This document shows positions 18,609-27,881 of a stretch of 64,000 nucleotides of DNA, piece by piece (position 1 is the first letter of the stretch; every line of letters begins with the position of its first letter). The stretch is from positions 4,393 to 68,392 of the forward strand of contig CBDUSE010000001.1 in assembly GCA_965369835.1 (NCBI GenBank), read 5' to 3'. The notes under the pieces were generated by a model, which was not told the DNA's origin, searched no databases, and saw only the letters and a program-made list of their open reading frames with translations. This stretch comes from an uncultured bacterium. Its GTDB lineage: Bacteria > Auribacterota > JABMQX01 > JAFGEW01. The translations under genes were made by a program, and so were the position numbers.

Positions 18609-19786
18609 CGTGGGCGGTGCCATTGGCGGGCCTCGACTTCGATGAGGCGGAAGCGCGCGCGGTCCTCGACGTGCTCGAGAGCAAGTGGCTCACGATGGGT
18701 CCGGTGACCGAGCGCTTCGAACACGCGTTCGCCTCGGCCGTTGGCGTGCGCCACGCGGTGGCGGTCTCGAACGGCACGGCCGCCCTGCACCTCGCCTGCC
18801 GCGCGCTGGGAATTGGTCCCGGTGACGAGGTGATTGTGCCGTCGTTGACCTTCGTGGCGACGGCGAACGCGGTGGTCTACTGCGGGGCGACGCCGGTCTT
18901 TGCCGATATCACATCCGAGGACGATTGGACCGTTTCGCCAGACGATATCGAACGGCGCATTACCGATCGGACAGTGGCGATCATCGTGATGCACTACGGT
19001 GGTTACCCGTGCGATATGGCCGCGATCCTCGACGTGGCGCGCCGCCACGGCGTGCCGGTGATCGAGGACTGCGCCCACGCCCCGCTGGCGCGTCTCGATG
19101 GGCGCGTGGCCGGCACGTTCGGCGCGATCGGCTGTTTCAGCTTCTACACGAACAAAAACCTTGCGGTGGGCGAGGGCGGCATGCTGGTGACCGACGCCGC
19201 TGCGCTCGCTTCTCAAGCGCGCCTTATGCGGTGCCACGGCCTGTCGAGCGTGTGCGCCGATCGGCACCGTGGCGCCGGGCCGCTCTACGACGTGACCGAG
19301 CTTGGGTACAACTACCGGCTCGATGAGATGCGCGCGGCGATCGGGCTGGTGCAGCTCGACAAACTCGCCCGGAATAACCGGCGCCGTGGCACGCTCATGG
19401 CGCGATACCGCGAATTGATCTCGGGCATCGAGGGGGTGCGGCTCCCGTTCGCCACGCCGCGAGGCGAGCCGGCGCACCACATCTGTCCTGCGCTGCTCGA
19501 TGAGGATGTGGATCGGCAACGGTGCATCGAGGGGCTGCACGAACGCGGCATCCAGACGAGCGTGCACTACACGCCGGTTCACTTGTTCCGCTACTACCGC
19601 GAGCGGTTCGGCAGCGGCGCGGGCGAGTTGCCGCTGACCGAGGGGGTCGCGGCACGTGAGATTACGTTGCCATTACATCCGCTCCTGACCGAGCAGGAGG
19701 TGAGCGAGGTTGTCCGAGCGCTCGGGGAAGCGCTCGACGCGCGGCGGCACGCGCCGCCGCCACAGGGAGCGGTTGTTGTTGCTTGA
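18605..19786 (+). CDS. DegT/DnrJ/EryC1/StrS-family PLP-dependent sugar aminotransferase
   Basis: Matches the DegT family throughout (AVSNGTAALHLA, FSFYTNKNLAVGEGG with the PLP lysine, GYNYRLDEMRAA). ATGA overlap with the upstream gene. Confidence 0.85.
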   Translation: MTWAVPLAGLDFDEAEARAVLDVLESKWLTMGPVTERFEHAFASAVGVRHAVAVSNGTAALHLACRALGIGPGDEVIVPSLTFVATANAVVYCGATPVFADITSEDDWTVSPDDIERRITDRTVAIIVMHYGGYPCDMAAILDVARRHGVPVIEDCAHAPLARLDGRVAGTFGAIGCFSFYTNKNLAVGEGGMLVTDAAALASQARLMRCHGLSSVCADRHRGAGPLYDVTELGYNYRLDEMRAAIGLVQLDKLARNNRRRGTLMARYRELISGIEGVRLPFATPRGEPAHHICPALLDEDVDRQRCIEGLHERGIQTSVHYTPVHLFRYYRERFGSGAGELPLTEGVAAREITLPLHPLLTEQEVSEVVRALGEALDARRHAPPPQGAVVVA

Positions 19787-19955
19787 GGCCCGAGGGTCGA
19801 GTTGCGCGTGATGCGCCCAGCTTGGCCAGGGGGATTCGATTCCCGAGGGTCGGTCGGAGCAGTTCGGAGGTCAGTTGCGCAGCAGGCATGGGGGGATGCC
19901 GTGTTGATTCTCCGTGCTGGTCTCAGGGTTATTCGTGAAAGAAAAGGGGAACCTG

Positions 19956-20690
19956 ATGACCACGAAGCAGGAGCGTCTCATCGTTCTTGGACGTCTCTCT
20001 TCCGTGCTCGCCCACGAGATCCGAAATCCGCTGGCCGGCATTAGTGCGGCAATACAGGTGCTCGGCGGAAAGATTGCGGAAGCGGATCCGCGGAGGAAGT
20101 ACGTCGGCATGATCCTCAAGGAGGTCGAGCGCGTCAACGACATCGTGAAGAACCTGCTCGACTTCTCGCGCGAGGGCCGGGCGTACATGATGCCGGCGCG
20201 TGTCCGCACGCTCGTCGAGCATGCGCTCGAGCAGTTCGCCCGGCAGTGCGAGCACGCCGGCATCCATGTCGAGACCGATCACGACGACGACCTGCCCGTT
20301 GTCGTGTGCGACGTGGAGCAGATGGGGCGGGTCTTTCGCAATCTCATCGCGAACGCCGTTGACGCGATGCCCCGAGGCGGCACGCTGACGGTGCGGACCG
20401 CGCATAACGCGGCGACGGGGCAGGTCGCCGTCAGCTTCGAGGACACGGGCATCGGCACCGACGTAGCGGATCTGGGCGAGCTCTTCTCACCGTTCTACAC
20501 GACCAAGACGAAGGGGAACGGGCTTGGTCTGCCCGTGGCGCTCAAGTGCATCGAGGAACATGGGGGAACGATCACCGCGCAGCGCGGGGAGCCGTGCGGA
20601 TTGACGATGGTTGTCCAGTGGCCCGTCAAGCCACTCAACGAGGCGGGCACCCCGAACAATGCAGCACAGACGACGCACCTTATCGGCTAG
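19956..20690 (+). CDS. Cytoplasmic sensor histidine kinase core (HisKA + HATPase), FlgS-like
   Basis: H-box LAHEIRNPLAGI lies about 15 aa from the N-terminus. N, G1 and G2 boxes are present (NLIANAVDAM, DTGIG, GNGLGL). No TM or sensor domain. Confidence 0.8.
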   Translation: MTTKQERLIVLGRLSSVLAHEIRNPLAGISAAIQVLGGKIAEADPRRKYVGMILKEVERVNDIVKNLLDFSREGRAYMMPARVRTLVEHALEQFARQCEHAGIHVETDHDDDLPVVVCDVEQMGRVFRNLIANAVDAMPRGGTLTVRTAHNAATGQVAVSFEDTGIGTDVADLGELFSPFYTTKTKGNGLGLPVALKCIEEHGGTITAQRGEPCGLTMVVQWPVKPLNEAGTPNNAAQTTHLIG

Positions 20691-20702
20691 ACAGGGGAGA
20701 GT

Positions 20703-22067
20703 ATGGACACGTCTATTCTTATCGTTGATGATGAAGAGGCGATTCGCCTCTCGCTGACCGAGGCGCTCAGCGACGAGGGATATACGGTCATCGCGGCCGC
20801 CTCAGGCGAGGAGGCGATCGCCCTTGTGCGCCGTAGACGCCCGGACCTTATGTTGCTTGACATGAAGCTGCCGAAAGCGAGCGGCATGGAGGTGCTCAAG
20901 CAGGCGAAGAAGATCCAGAACGACATCGTGGTGATTATCATGACCGCGTTCGCCGACGTCGCCAGCGCGGTCAAGTGCATGAAGCGCGGCGCCTACGACT
21001 ACCTGAACAAGCCGTTCAGTCTCGACGCGCTCAAGCTCGTGGTCCGCAAGGCGCTCGAGACGCTCTCGCTCAAGAAGGAGCTCTCGATCGTGCGCGAGCG
21101 CGCGCAGCGCGATTTTGAGGCCGATTTTATCATCGGTGAGAGCTCGAAGATGCGTAAGGTCTACGAATACGTCAAGCGCGTGGCCCGCAGCAACTCCTCG
21201 ACGGTGCTCGTTCAGGGCGAGAGCGGCACGGGCAAGGAGCTCATCGCGCGGGCGATCCACTACTTGAGCTTTCGGCACGACAAGATGTTCGTTGACTTCA
21301 ACTGCACGGCCGTTCCGGAGGCGCTTGTGGAGAGCGAGCTCTTCGGGTTCGAGAAGGGCGCCTTCACGGATGCGAAGCACCAGAAGACGGGCTTGTTCGA
21401 ACTGGCGGACAAGGGCACGCTGTTCCTCGACGAGATTGGCGACATGAGCTATCACCTCCAGGCGAAGCTCTTGCGGGCGCTGCAGGAGCGTTCGTTCACC
21501 CGCGTCGGTGGCATCTCCAAGATCCACGTGGACATCCGCATCATCGCCTCGACGCACCGCGACCTGAAGGCCGCGATGGCCGCTGCGAAGTTCCGCGAGG
21601 ACCTCTACTACCGACTCAACGTGGTACCGATCTCGCTGCCGCCGCTTCGCGATCGCGGCCCGGACATCCTGCTACTGGCGAAGCACTTCATTGACCGCTT
21701 CAATCGCGAGTTCAAGAAGAACGTCTACAAGATGGCGCCCGAGACAGAGCAGCTCATGCTCGGGTACCATTGGCCGGGCAATGTGCGCGAGCTGCAGAAC
21801 ACCATCGAACGGGCCATCCTGCTCGAGTGTGACGACGTGCTCTTGCCTGAGCACCTGCTGTTCGCCGAAGCTGAGACCACGCCGGCACCGGAGAGCTCGC
21901 CCGTACCAAGGGCCACCGACATGACCCTCGACGATGTTGAGAAGGAGTACATCCTCCGTGTGATCGAGGCGGTCGGCTGGAACAAGAACCGCGCGGCGAA
22001 GAAGCTCGGCATTGATCGCACCACCCTCTATACTAAGATCAAGAAGTACAGTCTCGCGCGCACGTGA
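20703..22067 (+). CDS. Sigma54-dependent response regulator (NtrC family; REC + AAA+ sigma54-activator + Fis-type HTH), FlgR/FleR-like
   Basis: Receiver domain, GESGTGKE Walker A, the GAFTGA-type loop (EKGAFTDA), ESELFGFEKGAFT, and a C-terminal HTH (NKNRAAKKLGIDRTTLYTKI). Confidence 0.9.
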   Translation: MDTSILIVDDEEAIRLSLTEALSDEGYTVIAAASGEEAIALVRRRRPDLMLLDMKLPKASGMEVLKQAKKIQNDIVVIIMTAFADVASAVKCMKRGAYDYLNKPFSLDALKLVVRKALETLSLKKELSIVRERAQRDFEADFIIGESSKMRKVYEYVKRVARSNSSTVLVQGESGTGKELIARAIHYLSFRHDKMFVDFNCTAVPEALVESELFGFEKGAFTDAKHQKTGLFELADKGTLFLDEIGDMSYHLQAKLLRALQERSFTRVGGISKIHVDIRIIASTHRDLKAAMAAAKFREDLYYRLNVVPISLPPLRDRGPDILLLAKHFIDRFNREFKKNVYKMAPETEQLMLGYHWPGNVRELQNTIERAILLECDDVLLPEHLLFAEAETTPAPESSPVPRATDMTLDDVEKEYILRVIEAVGWNKNRAAKKLGIDRTTLYTKIKKYSLART

Positions 22068-22266
22068 TGTCCCGAATCTCGACGGGTTGTCGGAATTGCC
22101 GACAAGCGTGCGACCGTTCAATCACTGAACGTACGCTGGCCGGTTGGACCGACGGTTCTCGTCGAAGAATGCCGCCGGAGTGACCGGTCTCTCTTTCCTG
22201 TGTTGCCCCACCCCATCGCGTCTGCGCTCGGCGTGTGCGTTCGGTCCGAGTGTGTCGCTTGGTGCT

Positions 22267-22282
22267 TGGTACAGAAGTTGCT
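22267..22282 (+). promoter_or_regulatory. Sigma54 promoter TGGTAC-N5-TTGCT
   Basis: GG-N10-GC spacing is exact. The -12 element lies 38 nt upstream of the lipoprotein ATG at 22320. An adjacent 6-bp-stem palindrome GTTGCTCAAAGCAAC overlaps it. Confidence 0.5.
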
Positions 22283-22319
22283 CAAAGCAACCTGCGTAGG
22301 TTCATGTATCAAGGAAAAG

Positions 22320-22760
22320 ATGATGCGAGCTGCCTGGATCGTCGTAGGGATGCTGATCGCCGCAATGCTGGTTGCAATGATGGGGTGCCGGTTCGGCACT
22401 CGCACGCCGACGCGCGAGCAGACTCGCCCGTACGATCTCGTGCCGCAGTCGGGCTATCTTGCCGACGGACCGACGGTGAGTCCGGACTACGCGGCGCCGC
22501 CCGCGTCCGAGGATGACGACAGCGGCACCAACGAAGCGGCGTATCGGGCGGCGATTCAGAAGGACCTCGTGCGCATCAATGTGCTGCTCACGGAGAACGA
22601 ACGGCTGCGTCAGGAGCTTGCGGCCACGAAGCTGATGCTCGACGAGGCCCGAGACGAGATCGAGAAGCTTCGAAAGGCGATCACCACGCTCGAGGCGAAG
22701 CTCGAGCGCGTGAAGGCACGAGCTAAACGCCGCGGGGGAAACGTCCCGGGCGAGGAGTAG
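22320..22760 (+). CDS. Lipoprotein with a coiled-coil C-terminal domain
   Basis: Signal peptide with lipobox (LVAMMGC), then an Ala/Pro-rich linker and a heptad-like ERLRQELAATKLMLDEARDEIEKLRKAITTLEAKLERVKARAKR. Confidence 0.5.
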   Translation: MMRAAWIVVGMLIAAMLVAMMGCRFGTRTPTREQTRPYDLVPQSGYLADGPTVSPDYAAPPASEDDDSGTNEAAYRAAIQKDLVRINVLLTENERLRQELAATKLMLDEARDEIEKLRKAITTLEAKLERVKARAKRRGGNVPGEE

Positions 22761-22850
22761 CAACCTCCGGGAGCCCGAGCGGTTTTGCGCAGCAACGAAG
22801 CCTCCTCCCAGCGAAGCGTCTGTGAACCTGGGCGACGAATCGAGCGGGCA

Positions 22851-24359
22851 ATGAAGGGATCAATCCTGATCGTTGATGACGAGGCCACTCTGGCCGAGAC
22901 GATCCGTGACTATTTCGTCGCGGATGGCCTCGACGCTGCGTGCGTACAGTCGGCCGAAGAGGCCCTGGAGTTCGCTCGTGCGCGGCAGTTCCATGTGGTC
23001 GTCACCGACATGAAGATGCCCGGGATGAGCGGCATTGATTTGCTGCGCGCGCTCGGGGAAGCGCCGGACCCGCCGTCGGTCATCCTAATGACCGCCTACG
23101 GGACAATGGAATCCACTGTTGAAGCATTCCGGCTCGGGCTGTTCGATTTTCTGCAGAAACCGGTCTCACTCGACGAGCTGAGCAAGAGCGTCGAGCGCGC
23201 ACTCAACGCGCGCGCCTCGCGGGTCAACGACACCCCGCTGCCGGTGCCTCTACACGTGTTGCGCGAGCGCTCGCGCCGTGTCGGTGCCGTGCGGGCCGAG
23301 GTGGCGGGCGACTCCTCGGCCGCCCAGGCGACGGCGGTCTGGCGGCTGCGCGCGCTTGATCGGCAGCGGGCGGGCTTTGTGTGGGCACACGTGGCACCAG
23401 GCAGTCGGTTCGCGGTCGCCGCTCGCTTGGTCATCAGGACGCTGGCGGACGCGCTTGACCTCGGTGCGCCCCGCGAAGCGCTCGAGACGATTATGCGTCA
23501 TTTGACGGACCTCGACTGTGGCTCCACGTTGCGCGCGCTTGCTGTCGGCGTGGTTGAGTCGGAACCGAGCCGTCGCCTCTATGGCGCCGCGCTTGGCCAT
23601 GCCGGGCTCTTCCGCCTCGACGCGAGCGGTTCGGCTCCCGAGTCCCTCGCGGGCGGGCCGCGGGACGCCACGCGCACGTGGGAGGCGAGCCTGGCGCCGG
23701 AAGATGTATTGCTGCTCGCCGACCCGCGCTTGGTGTCGGCGGCGGCGGAGCGCTGGTCCGACGTGCTCGCGGCGACCAGGAAGCTGATTGCGGAGGGCGA
23801 GCCGAACCCGGCGCGGCGGGCGCTCGCGATGGTGCCCGAAGTCGCCGGCGAAGCGCCGGTCGTGATCGCGCTTCGCCTCGGCAAAGCGATCCGGCCCGAC
23901 GGGCTGACGCATGTGCGCGTCTCATCGAACCGGGCAAGTCTCGGTCACGTGCGCGACGTGGCGGAGCGGTTCGCGCTTGGCGTGCCGCTCAGTGGGCAGG
24001 CGGCTCACGAGGTGGTGACCGCAGTTCAGGAAGCGGTGCTTAACTGCATGCGCTGGGCCTACGCGGGCGGGGAGGGCCCCGTTTGCCTAACGCTCTCGTG
24101 CGAGGGCGGGCGCATGCGGGCGAGCGTGCGCGACCGCGGTCTCGGCTTCGATGTGGGCGAGACCTTCCGCCGCACGAGCGATCCGTCACAGGACCCGCTG
24201 CGGCGCTCGGGCCGTGGCCTGATGCTGATGCACCGGCTCGCGGACCGGTTCGAACTGACTTCAAGACCGGGCCGCGGCACGAACGTCGTGTTGGAAAAGG
24301 ACTTCGACGCGCCGTTCACCGACGGCGCCGACGAGCGAGAGGCCGAGCAGGTGCGATGA
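22851..24359 (+). CDS. Fusion protein: REC receiver, then a PP2C/SpoIIE-like (apparently degenerate) phosphatase domain, then an RsbW/SpoIIAB-like anti-sigma serine kinase (HATPase_c_2)
   Basis: N-terminal ILIVDDE...VVVTDMKMPGMSG...LQKP is the receiver. The middle region has an RsbU-like layout (LYGAALGHAGLFRL, DVLLLADPRL) but lacks the canonical GD.SGHG metal site. The C-terminus (VTAVQEAVLNCMRWAY...GRGLMLMHRLADRFEL) is RsbW-like. Confidence 0.55.
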   Translation: MKGSILIVDDEATLAETIRDYFVADGLDAACVQSAEEALEFARARQFHVVVTDMKMPGMSGIDLLRALGEAPDPPSVILMTAYGTMESTVEAFRLGLFDFLQKPVSLDELSKSVERALNARASRVNDTPLPVPLHVLRERSRRVGAVRAEVAGDSSAAQATAVWRLRALDRQRAGFVWAHVAPGSRFAVAARLVIRTLADALDLGAPREALETIMRHLTDLDCGSTLRALAVGVVESEPSRRLYGAALGHAGLFRLDASGSAPESLAGGPRDATRTWEASLAPEDVLLLADPRLVSAAAERWSDVLAATRKLIAEGEPNPARRALAMVPEVAGEAPVVIALRLGKAIRPDGLTHVRVSSNRASLGHVRDVAERFALGVPLSGQAAHEVVTAVQEAVLNCMRWAYAGGEGPVCLTLSCEGGRMRASVRDRGLGFDVGETFRRTSDPSQDPLRRSGRGLMLMHRLADRFELTSRPGRGTNVVLEKDFDAPFTDGADEREAEQVR

Positions 24360-24745
24360 ATCGAAGCGCGTTAGGGCACGACGATAAGCCGGTGGTGGTA
24401 GCAGTCATAGACGAGCTGGTGTTCGAGTCGGCCGAGCCGGCGGAGCAACTGCACGAGCTGCTCCGGGCGGGCACGTGCCGCATCGTGCTCGACTTGCGGC
24501 AGGCGACGTATGTCTCGGGCGTTGGTCTTGGCCTTGTGGCGGACGTGGCGAAGCAGGCGCGGCGAGGCGGCGGCGACGTGAAGCTCGTCGTGCACGGCTC
24601 CGAGGTGCGCCGCGTGTTCGAGCTCGGCGAGCTCGATTCGCTACTCGAGTTCTACGATGACATCGAGAGCGCGTGCAACGCCTTCACCGACTCCGTCGGC
24701 GAGGTGGAGCGCACGCTCTTGTGGCGGCAGTTTGACGATGAGTGA
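24356..24745 (+). CDS. STAS-domain anti-sigma-factor antagonist (SpoIIAA/RsbV-like)
   Basis: 129 aa with STAS pattern (VVVAVIDELVFESA...RIVLDLRQATYVSGVGLGLVADVAKQARRGGGDVKLV). The ATGA start overlaps the kinase stop. Confidence 0.7.
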   Translation: MNRSALGHDDKPVVVAVIDELVFESAEPAEQLHELLRAGTCRIVLDLRQATYVSGVGLGLVADVAKQARRGGGDVKLVVHGSEVRRVFELGELDSLLEFYDDIESACNAFTDSVGEVERTLLWRQFDDE

Positions 24746-25520
24746 GACACAAGCAGACAACACCGACGCGCCGGCACAAGTCACTCAGGCGCCCGCGCAA
24801 GTTGGCGGTGGCACACCGGTCGAGGTGATGCCGCTGGAGGCGGCTGAACTGGCCGCCGGCGCGCGGCAGCGTCGTCGCAGGCTTGTGCTGTATTTCGCCG
24901 CGCCCGCGATCGTGATCGGTCTCGTAATCACCGCGACGCAGGTGAAGCTGGGCGGGCGCTCGGGGGCGAGGTCGCCGGTTGTGCGCGACTGGGAATCGGG
25001 CATGGCACTGATCGAAACAGGGCGAATATCGAAGGGGCTCGAAACGCTCGAGAACGTGGTGACGCAGCTTCCGAAAGGGCCGGAACGCATCCGGGCGTAC
25101 GTGCGCCTCGCTGAGGTCTACTGCATGCTCGGTGAGAACGAGCCGCACTACCTGAACTCAGCTATCCGCCACTATGCGACCGTGCTTGATTCGGCCGGCG
25201 ATGCCGCGTCGCTCGATGGCGCTGTGACGGTTGACGAGTTGCTCTACGAGACCGGCCGCTGCTTTGTCGCCCTCGGCTCGTACGAAACGGCGCTCGAGTT
25301 TTTCGAGCAGATTGACGTCGAGTTCCCTGCGAGCCTCTTCAGGCCGCAGGCGCGACTTGAGATCGGTGAGAGCTACCTGGCGATCGGCCAGTACCAGCGG
25401 GCGCGCCGGGTGCTTGCCGAGGTGGCCGAGACGTACCGGGGCGATCCACTTGGCGAGAAGGCCTTCTTCCGTTTCGCCGATTCCTTCGACGAGCAGGCCG
25501 GATTATTGAGGGGAGAGTGA
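24738..25520 (+). CDS. Membrane-anchored TPR-repeat protein
   Basis: One TM helix (LVLYFAAPAIVIGLVITAT) followed by TPR-like repeats. Confidence 0.5.
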   Translation: MSETQADNTDAPAQVTQAPAQVGGGTPVEVMPLEAAELAAGARQRRRRLVLYFAAPAIVIGLVITATQVKLGGRSGARSPVVRDWESGMALIETGRISKGLETLENVVTQLPKGPERIRAYVRLAEVYCMLGENEPHYLNSAIRHYATVLDSAGDAASLDGAVTVDELLYETGRCFVALGSYETALEFFEQIDVEFPASLFRPQARLEIGESYLAIGQYQRARRVLAEVAETYRGDPLGEKAFFRFADSFDEQAGLLRGE

Positions 25521-27385
25521 TGGTGCCGCCGCGCGCGCGTAGCAGGGATCGAACGCGGGTCACCGCGATGCTGATCGCGGCGGCGTTTCTGTGCGCACTT
25601 GCACCACCGGCTCAAGCCGGGCCGTTGCAGTTGGGCGGCGAAGGGCCGCTGCTGCCGCGTTCAAGCGGGCCACGCAGTTCGCGCACCCTGGTGCCGACCG
25701 CCGAGGAGACCGCCGTACCGGCTGAGCGTTCCGAGGTGCTGAAGGCAGCGGGCACCGAGGACGAGCGCGAGGGAGCGGCGCCCGAGGAAGCCACGAGCAC
25801 GCTGCGCGCGTTCCTCAACGAGATGCTCGAGCAGGGTGCCCTGTGGAAGGTGCTCCCGATCCACATGGGCGTCGCGGCGCGCCGCACCTATCTCGAGGAC
25901 CGCAGCATCCGCAGCTATCGTGAAGGCATTTTCCGGTTTCCGGACTCACCGTTCGTGCCGGCGGCGCACTTGAGGATCGCCTCGATCTACGCGCGGCGCG
26001 GCGACCGCCGGGCGGCGCTCCGCGAGTACGCGACGCTGCTCGAGCGTTTCCCGGACCACGACAGCGCCGACGACGCGCGCTTGGCAAGGGCCCAGATGAT
26101 GTTTGCGGCAGGCGACTACGCCGGCGCCAGGGACGAAGGCTACCTGTTGATGGATAGGTACACCGAGAGCGTGCTCGTGGCGGACGCGTACCTGCTTGTG
26201 GCCCACGCGCACGAGCTGCTGGGCGAATTCGAGGAGGGCCAACTGGCCTACATGCACGTGCTGGAGCGAACGGCGGCCGGCGACGAGCGGTCCGTTCGGG
26301 CGTGCGAGGGCCTCGCCTCGCTCGAGCTGGCCGCAGGCAACGCCGAGAGGGGGATCAAGATCTACAAGCAGTTGCTGGAGGAAGCACCGACCCAGGCCGC
26401 GCGGGACGCCCGCGAGTTCAAGCTCGCGAGCGTTTACCTCGACGTGGGCGAGACGGTGCGTGCGCGCACGCTGTTCCGGCGAATTCTCCGCGGCTACGAG
26501 CTCAACGCCTACCGCGCCGCCGCCGCTTTTCTACTCGCGGACTCCTACTACGCCGACGGGGAAATGCCCCAGGCGGCGCAATACTACACGGGCGCCTTGC
26601 TCGACTTTCCGACCTTCGAGGAGCGCATTCCGGCGCTGTTCCGCGCGGCGGACGCCTACAAGGGGCTCGTGCTCTACGAGGAGGCGCTTGCGATGGTGTG
26701 CCAGGTTGCGAAGGCGCGCGATCCGGCGCCGACGCCGCACCAGCGCGCCCGGGCCAAGCTCATCGCGGGGGAGATCCTATTCTTCAACGAGCAGTATGGC
26801 GCGGCACTCGAGGAACTGTACGGGGCGCTCGTCGGGGAGCTGACGACGTCCGAGCGAGAACGGGCGGCCTACCGCATCGGGCAATGCTACTACCGCAGCG
26901 GGTACTACAACGAGGCGCTCGAGGCCTTTGACGCCGCGCTCGGGCAAGCGCCACAGCACGAGCTCGCTTTCGAGGCGTTGCAGGCGGTGGCGGACTGCTA
27001 CGAGAAGAAGGGATGGCTCGACGACGCGCGGCAGCGCTACAAGGCGATCCTCGATGCGGCAAGCGAGGACGACTCGCCCGAGCAGCTCGCCGCGCGATCG
27101 AGCGTCGTCTTCAGGCTGCTCAATACCTATGACGACCGCGGCCTGTACCAGGAGGAGCTCAACGCCGCGAGGGAGCTCCTCGAGCGCAAGTACGCCTTTC
27201 TCGACGAGACGCGGCTGCTCTACCGGATGGCGCGTGCCTACGAGCGTTTGAATAACCCGGTCGAGGCCGAGACGCTCTACGCGCAGGTGCGCTCGCGATT
27301 TCCCGGCAGCACGTGGGCGCAGCAGGCCGATGTCAAGATACGGCATATGCGGATGCTCAAGCAGATCAAGGCGTTATCGAACTAG
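25520..27385 (+). CDS. Secreted multi-TPR repeat protein
   Basis: Signal peptide MLIAAAFLCALAPPAQAG, then more than 12 TPR-like units (AEAYLLVAHAHELLGEFEEGQLAY and similar). The start overlaps the upstream stop. Confidence 0.6.
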   Translation: MVPPRARSRDRTRVTAMLIAAAFLCALAPPAQAGPLQLGGEGPLLPRSSGPRSSRTLVPTAEETAVPAERSEVLKAAGTEDEREGAAPEEATSTLRAFLNEMLEQGALWKVLPIHMGVAARRTYLEDRSIRSYREGIFRFPDSPFVPAAHLRIASIYARRGDRRAALREYATLLERFPDHDSADDARLARAQMMFAAGDYAGARDEGYLLMDRYTESVLVADAYLLVAHAHELLGEFEEGQLAYMHVLERTAAGDERSVRACEGLASLELAAGNAERGIKIYKQLLEEAPTQAARDAREFKLASVYLDVGETVRARTLFRRILRGYELNAYRAAAAFLLADSYYADGEMPQAAQYYTGALLDFPTFEERIPALFRAADAYKGLVLYEEALAMVCQVAKARDPAPTPHQRARAKLIAGEILFFNEQYGAALEELYGALVGELTTSERERAAYRIGQCYYRSGYYNEALEAFDAALGQAPQHELAFEALQAVADCYEKKGWLDDARQRYKAILDAASEDDSPEQLAARSSVVFRLLNTYDDRGLYQEELNAARELLERKYAFLDETRLLYRMARAYERLNNPVEAETLYAQVRSRFPGSTWAQQADVKIRHMRMLKQIKALSN

Positions 27386-27410
27386 ACATGCTCAAGGAGG
27401 TGCGTGAGCG

Positions 27411-27845
27411 ATGGAGAACACGCTGCTCAAAACCCTGCACGACGGGATCCGAGAGGAGATTGCGCACTATGAGCAGCTCCTCGATCTCACGACGCGGGAG
27501 CACGAGATCCTCGCCGAGGAGAGCTACAACACAGAGCTAGCGACGCTGGCGGCCAAGAAGCTCAGGATCATGCGCGAGATCAACGACCTGACCATGCGCA
27601 TCGGCCCGCTCAAGGTGCGCTGGAAGCTCGAGGAGCCGCGCGACGAGGCGAACGAGGATGCCGGGGAGATTTCGCCGCTGCTCGAGGAGCTCGGTGCGCT
27701 GCTCGAGAAGATCCTCGACGTAGACGAGGGGAACCAGCGGATCCTTTCGCGCCTCATCGGGGCCACGGACACCACCGAGGCGAGCAAGAGCCTCAACACG
27801 GCCTCCGCCGCGCGCGCCTATGACCGGACGACGCCAAAGGCATAG
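27411..27845 (+). CDS. FlgN-like putative flagellar export chaperone
   Basis: 144 aa helical protein with FlgN-like heptad pattern (HYEQLLDLTTREHEILAE...LAAKKLRIMREINDL). Confidence 0.35.
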   Translation: MENTLLKTLHDGIREEIAHYEQLLDLTTREHEILAEESYNTELATLAAKKLRIMREINDLTMRIGPLKVRWKLEEPRDEANEDAGEISPLLEELGALLEKILDVDEGNQRILSRLIGATDTTEASKSLNTASAARAYDRTTPKA

Positions 27846-27881
27846 CGCCGGTTCTCGCGCATCGGGCGGAGCAGGAGGACA

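Noticed and set aside
16887-18623. 578-aa minus-strand ORF antisense to the SDR and nucleotidyltransferase genes
   Set aside because: An antisense shadow of well-supported sugar-pathway genes, with Arg/His/Pro-rich junk composition.
19787-19955. Direct repeat CCCGAGGGTCG (two copies about 50 bp apart) and sigma54-like TGG motifs upstream of the FlgS-like kinase
   Set aside because: The repeats are short and the TGG motifs have no properly spaced GC, so no promoter call is supported.
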